A DNA stretch of 51,295 nucleotides from an uncultured Myxococcales bacterium (GTDB lineage: Bacteria > Myxococcota_A > UBA9042). A model generated the notes under the pieces. The model was not told the DNA's origin. It did not search any database and worked only from the letters and a program-made list of their open reading frames with translations. Of this stretch, positions 48,325 to 51,295 are shown piece after piece (within the stretch, counting starts at the first letter, position 1; each line of letters opens with the position of its first letter). The DNA lies in the NCBI GenBank assembly GCA_903896545.1, contig CAITYF010000229.1, positions 1-51,295 on the forward strand, read 5' to 3'. A program made the position numbers and the translations under genes.

Positions 48325-49860
48325 ATGCAGCGCAAGTCCTCGCGTTTTCTGATCATCACAACGGCCCTCGCGCTCTCGGCGTGCGGCAGCAGCACGACAA
48401 GCACCGCCAGCGGCGGCAGCGACGCCAGCATCGACAGCGGCCCCGTCGGCGTTCAGGACACCGGCATCGCCGCGCCGACGCAGTTCACGTGCACGTCGGC
48501 CAGCAAGAACGCCGCGGGATTTTCGTGGCAGGCGAGCCCGACGCCGGGCGTCGTCGGCTACGTGGTGGAACGCGCGACGCTGAGCGGCGAATTTGAAGCT
48601 CAGCCTGGCGTCGGTGGCAAGACGCTGACCTTTGCCGACCTGACCGTGACGCAATTTGAGACGTACCGCTACCGCGTGCGCGCCAAAGTGGCCGACAAGC
48701 TGGGCGATTCGTCCAATGAAGTGACGGTCGGCGCACCAGCACCTGGTTTTCACACCGCCGTGGGTCCCGGTGCGCTCGCCACCGACGTCGACTTGGCGCT
48801 GGACGGCAACGGCGACCCGGCGATCGTGTACGTGGCGAGCGACACGCCGCCTGCCGCGGTCGTCTTCAGCAATTGGAACCGCAAGACCGCGGCGTGGAAC
48901 GCGCCGGTGAAGATCACGAGCGACTTTTTGCCCAACACGTCGGGCGGCAGCCCGGTCGCGGCGATTGCTTTTGACCACGCCGGCAGTTCGGGCACGTTCG
49001 CCGTGGTCTGGGCGAGCGCGGACGGCCAGCAATTGGACTGGGCGCTGTCGAGTGACGCCGGCAAGACGTGGCAGCAGGAGACCATCGCCGTGTCGCCCGC
49101 GGGTACGAGCTACGCGCAGCCGGCCATCGCGCTCGGCAACAGCAAGGCGCACGTGACGTGGCTGCAGGACGGCGTGCGGCTGTTCTACGCGACGGGGACG
49201 CTGTCGACGCCGGCGAAGAATTGGACTGCGGACAAGGAAGCGCCGCCCGCAGCGACTGCGGACAAGCTGCTGCCGTTTGCGCCGTCGATTGCGCTGGATG
49301 CGGCGCAAGCGCCCGCCATCGCGTACTTCAGCCACGGCAAGGACGAAAGCGTGATTGCGACGTTCTGGCGGCCCGATGAGAAGAACGCGCGGACGATTCA
49401 GTCGTCGGGCGGCTACGCGGATCCGAGTCCGTCGTTGAGCCTCGCGTTCAAGGGTCAGGCACCGCGCGCGGCTGTGACGTTGCACCAGTCGCCGACGACG
49501 AACGCGGCTGTGTGGTTTGTGACATCCAGCGACGGCAACAGTTGGGGCACGCCGCTCGCTCTGCCCGTCGACGGCGCGGCGTCCGGGCAAAAGTTCACAC
49601 GCTTGGTCACCAGCAGCAAGGACGTCAGCGCCATCACCTACGACGACCCGAAAATCGGCGGCAGCGGCGGCAAGTGCGGCAATCCCAAGCTCGCGCTGAC
49701 GACCGACGGCGTCGCGTGGACCACGTGCAGCCCGGACACGGCGCACAGCCGCGCGGACCTCGCCGCGTCGAGCCGCATCGCGCTGGGCAACGACGGCAAA
49801 CGTTGGTTGGCTTGGCAGAATCTGGACGACAAAAGCGTCGTGGTGTGGCGGGAGCCTTGA
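48325..49860 (+). CDS. Lipoprotein with fibronectin-III domain and BNR/sialidase-like propeller repeats
   Basis: MQRKSSRFLIITTALALSACGSS lipobox. FN3-like FTCTSASKNAAGFSWQAS...YRYRVRA. Repeated S-x-D-x-G-x-T-W motifs (SSDAGKTW, SSDGNSWG). Confidence 0.55.
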   Translation: MQRKSSRFLIITTALALSACGSSTTSTASGGSDASIDSGPVGVQDTGIAAPTQFTCTSASKNAAGFSWQASPTPGVVGYVVERATLSGEFEAQPGVGGKTLTFADLTVTQFETYRYRVRAKVADKLGDSSNEVTVGAPAPGFHTAVGPGALATDVDLALDGNGDPAIVYVASDTPPAAVVFSNWNRKTAAWNAPVKITSDFLPNTSGGSPVAAIAFDHAGSSGTFAVVWASADGQQLDWALSSDAGKTWQQETIAVSPAGTSYAQPAIALGNSKAHVTWLQDGVRLFYATGTLSTPAKNWTADKEAPPAATADKLLPFAPSIALDAAQAPAIAYFSHGKDESVIATFWRPDEKNARTIQSSGGYADPSPSLSLAFKGQAPRAAVTLHQSPTTNAAVWFVTSSDGNSWGTPLALPVDGAASGQKFTRLVTSSKDVSAITYDDPKIGGSGGKCGNPKLALTTDGVAWTTCSPDTAHSRADLAASSRIALGNDGKRWLAWQNLDDKSVVVWREP

Positions 49861-49959
49861 GCGCGACCTACTCTGGCATCCGGGCAGTCGATTCTTGCTC
49901 CCGGCCAGAAGGAACTTCCTCACCGGCCCGGCAGGATCGCCCGCCTCTGGGAGCGACAC

Positions 49960-50937
49960 ATGACCGGGGCAAAGAAACAGAATCTCTGGGTACTACTGAC
50001 TGTGCTGACAAGCCTCAGCGCCTGCGGCATCGTGGGCGACAAAGGCTTGGCGGAATTCGGCGTGGGTCGGAACTGGGGCAAGGAGCACGCGATAGCCACG
50101 GGCTCGGTGTTTCAGGTGACCGCGTGGCGCAGCGGCGTCCTCTGGCAGGGTCTGCAGGTGTCGGCAACGACGCCAGCGGTGCAGAAGCAGGCCAATGGCG
50201 CATTCAAAGCCGTCGCGGCTGGCGCAGCGCAGTTCCAAGCCAGTGACGCGGCGGGCGTCGCGGTGGACACCGTTGAATACCGCGTGGCGGACCCGGCGGC
50301 AGTGTCGTTGGGCGTCGTGTGGAACACCGTGTGGGACGTCCCGACGGAGCTGCCGACGCACTTCGCGCTCGTCCTGAACAACCGGTACGTCGGTGCGGTG
50401 ATCGTGCGCGAAGCCAACGCAGCGCGCATGAACCACGTGGGTATCACCCAAGCGACGTTTCCGGGCGCGCAGGTGAAGGTTCTGGACGACTACGTGGAAG
50501 CGACGCCGACCACGCTCGGAACGACGACGGCGACGGTGAACGTGCTAGGGCTGGACGGCAAGGTGTTGGCGACGCACGCGTACCAGGTGGACGTCGTCGA
50601 AGCCTCCGCAGTGGCGCACCTGACGCTGGCGTCGTTCGCGCTGCAGACAAGCGCAACGGTCCCGGCAGATCCGGACAAAGGCCCCGACGCACCAGCTACC
50701 GGCACAGCGCCGACGGCGCCCAAGACCCAGTTGTTTGCCCTGACGACGGTGACGACGCTCGCGAACGGCACGCCGGTCTATGGTGCCCGCGCGAAGTGGA
50801 CGGAGAGCGGCACTGGACATCTTGTGGTCAAAGAATCCGATGGCGGCAACTACGCGCTGCTGAAGTCCGGCGAGTCGGTGACTGTCCATGCGACGGTGGG
50901 AACGTTGGACGCGGAGATTACGCTGCAAGTACCGTGA
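49960..50937 (+). CDS. Hypothetical lipoprotein (Ig-like beta-rich)
   Basis: MTGAKKQNLWVLLTVLTSLSACG lipobox; Ala/Val/Thr-rich beta pattern. Confidence 0.5.
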   Translation: MTGAKKQNLWVLLTVLTSLSACGIVGDKGLAEFGVGRNWGKEHAIATGSVFQVTAWRSGVLWQGLQVSATTPAVQKQANGAFKAVAAGAAQFQASDAAGVAVDTVEYRVADPAAVSLGVVWNTVWDVPTELPTHFALVLNNRYVGAVIVREANAARMNHVGITQATFPGAQVKVLDDYVEATPTTLGTTTATVNVLGLDGKVLATHAYQVDVVEASAVAHLTLASFALQTSATVPADPDKGPDAPATGTAPTAPKTQLFALTTVTTLANGTPVYGARAKWTESGTGHLVVKESDGGNYALLKSGESVTVHATVGTLDAEITLQVP

Positions 50938-51148
50938 GATCGCCCAAACGCCCGCGGGAGCGACCTCCGACGCGAAGTCGACGGTCTTTCCGCCAGAGTC
51001 TTGTGCACCGCTGGCGCTGACCTGCGCGGCAACAGGTGAACGAAAACGTGGCGGTGTGATGAGTGACGAGCGTTACACCACGACCCAATTCGACTACCAA
51101 ACGGAACAGGGTGAGACCTGTTGCATTTCGGACTGGGACAACGAAGCG

Positions 51149-51214
51149 TGCACCTCCGGTGGCACGTCCCGGTGCCGGCGGCTGTGACGTTGGAATTCGG
51201 TCAGCGTGTAGGGT
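51149..51214. repeat. Copy of the dispersed intergenic repeat element
   Basis: gtgcacctccggtggcacg - tcccggtgccggcggctgtgacgtt - ggaattcggtcagcgtgtaggg. Confidence 0.6.
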
Positions 51215-51295
51215 CCTGCGCGTCGGCGAGCCCCGCGTCCGTTGGCGGCAGGGCCAACGCCCGCCCGTCCATCGCCGCGTGAAACCGCTCCCAGT

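Noticed and set aside
51060-51187. Small Cys-rich ORF (MSDERYTTTQFDYQTEQGETCCISDWDNEACTSGGTSRCRRL) at the window end
   Set aside because: It overlaps the repeat element. A related CRRL-stop reading arises by chance from the same repeat at 22.7 kb. There is no RBS, so it was not called, although a small peptide cannot be excluded.
1-51295. Mobile elements, CRISPR arrays, rRNA/tRNA genes, classic defence genes
   Set aside because: No direct-repeat/spacer arrays, integrase or transposase motifs, rRNA-like conserved stretches, or nuclease/helicase/TIR/Sir2-type signatures were recognisable on either strand.

Overview
This is a high-GC (about 68-70%) chromosomal segment, almost certainly from a myxobacterium (Myxococcota). 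The assignment rests on Myxococcus-type cysteine-rich repeats and two proteins ending in MYXO-CTERM-like sorting tags (Cys/Gly stretch, hydrophobic helix, Arg cluster). Because of the GC content, the six-frame track is full of long spurious antisense ORFs; I called genes only where I could recognise motifs, signal peptides or lipoboxes, RBSs, or start/stop coupling.

Content from left to right:
- A giant, 5'-truncated surface repeat protein (>1348 aa) with near-identical 165-bp tandem repeats and a MYXO-CTERM tail.
- An acidic lipoprotein; a GT4 glycosyltransferase coupled to a two-domain MDR plus Gfo/Idh/MocA oxidoreductase.
- A porin-like beta-barrel, then amt, then glnK, all on the minus strand.
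- A flotillin; a YVTN-propeller/phosphoesterase lipoprotein.
- Three tandem paralogous lipoproteins with 13-nt overlaps; a histidine phosphatase; an ACE-like M2 peptidase.
- A lipid-type trio (SRPBCC, fatty-acid hydroxylase, SDR); a minimal class-III cyclase domain.
- A lipoprotein with Cys-rich repeats plus an FGE-sulfatase domain, divergent from a second MYXO-CTERM protein.
- A minus-strand catabolic block: CocE/NonD hydrolase, SDR, hypothetical, GST, a kinase N-lobe-only protein, VOC, ACMSD-like amidohydrolase, 3-hydroxyanthranilate dioxygenase, DUF4920-like lipoprotein.
- A radical-SAM RlmN/Cfr-family enzyme coupled to an ABC-2 exporter, then an MMPL/RND transporter; a GT-C mannosyltransferase-like gene overlapping gpmI.
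- A BON protein and an envelope cluster: FixH/YtkA-like lipoprotein, OM barrel, FN3/BNR lipoprotein, lipoprotein.

I found no rRNA, tRNA, CRISPR, integrase or transposase. The one thing no gene call explains is a dispersed intergenic repeat family of about 65-70 nt (conserved 5' hairpin motif GTGCACCTCCGGTGGCACG plus a conserved 3' box), present in four copies. No defence system or mobile island is evident; the candidates for something undescribed are listed under findings.
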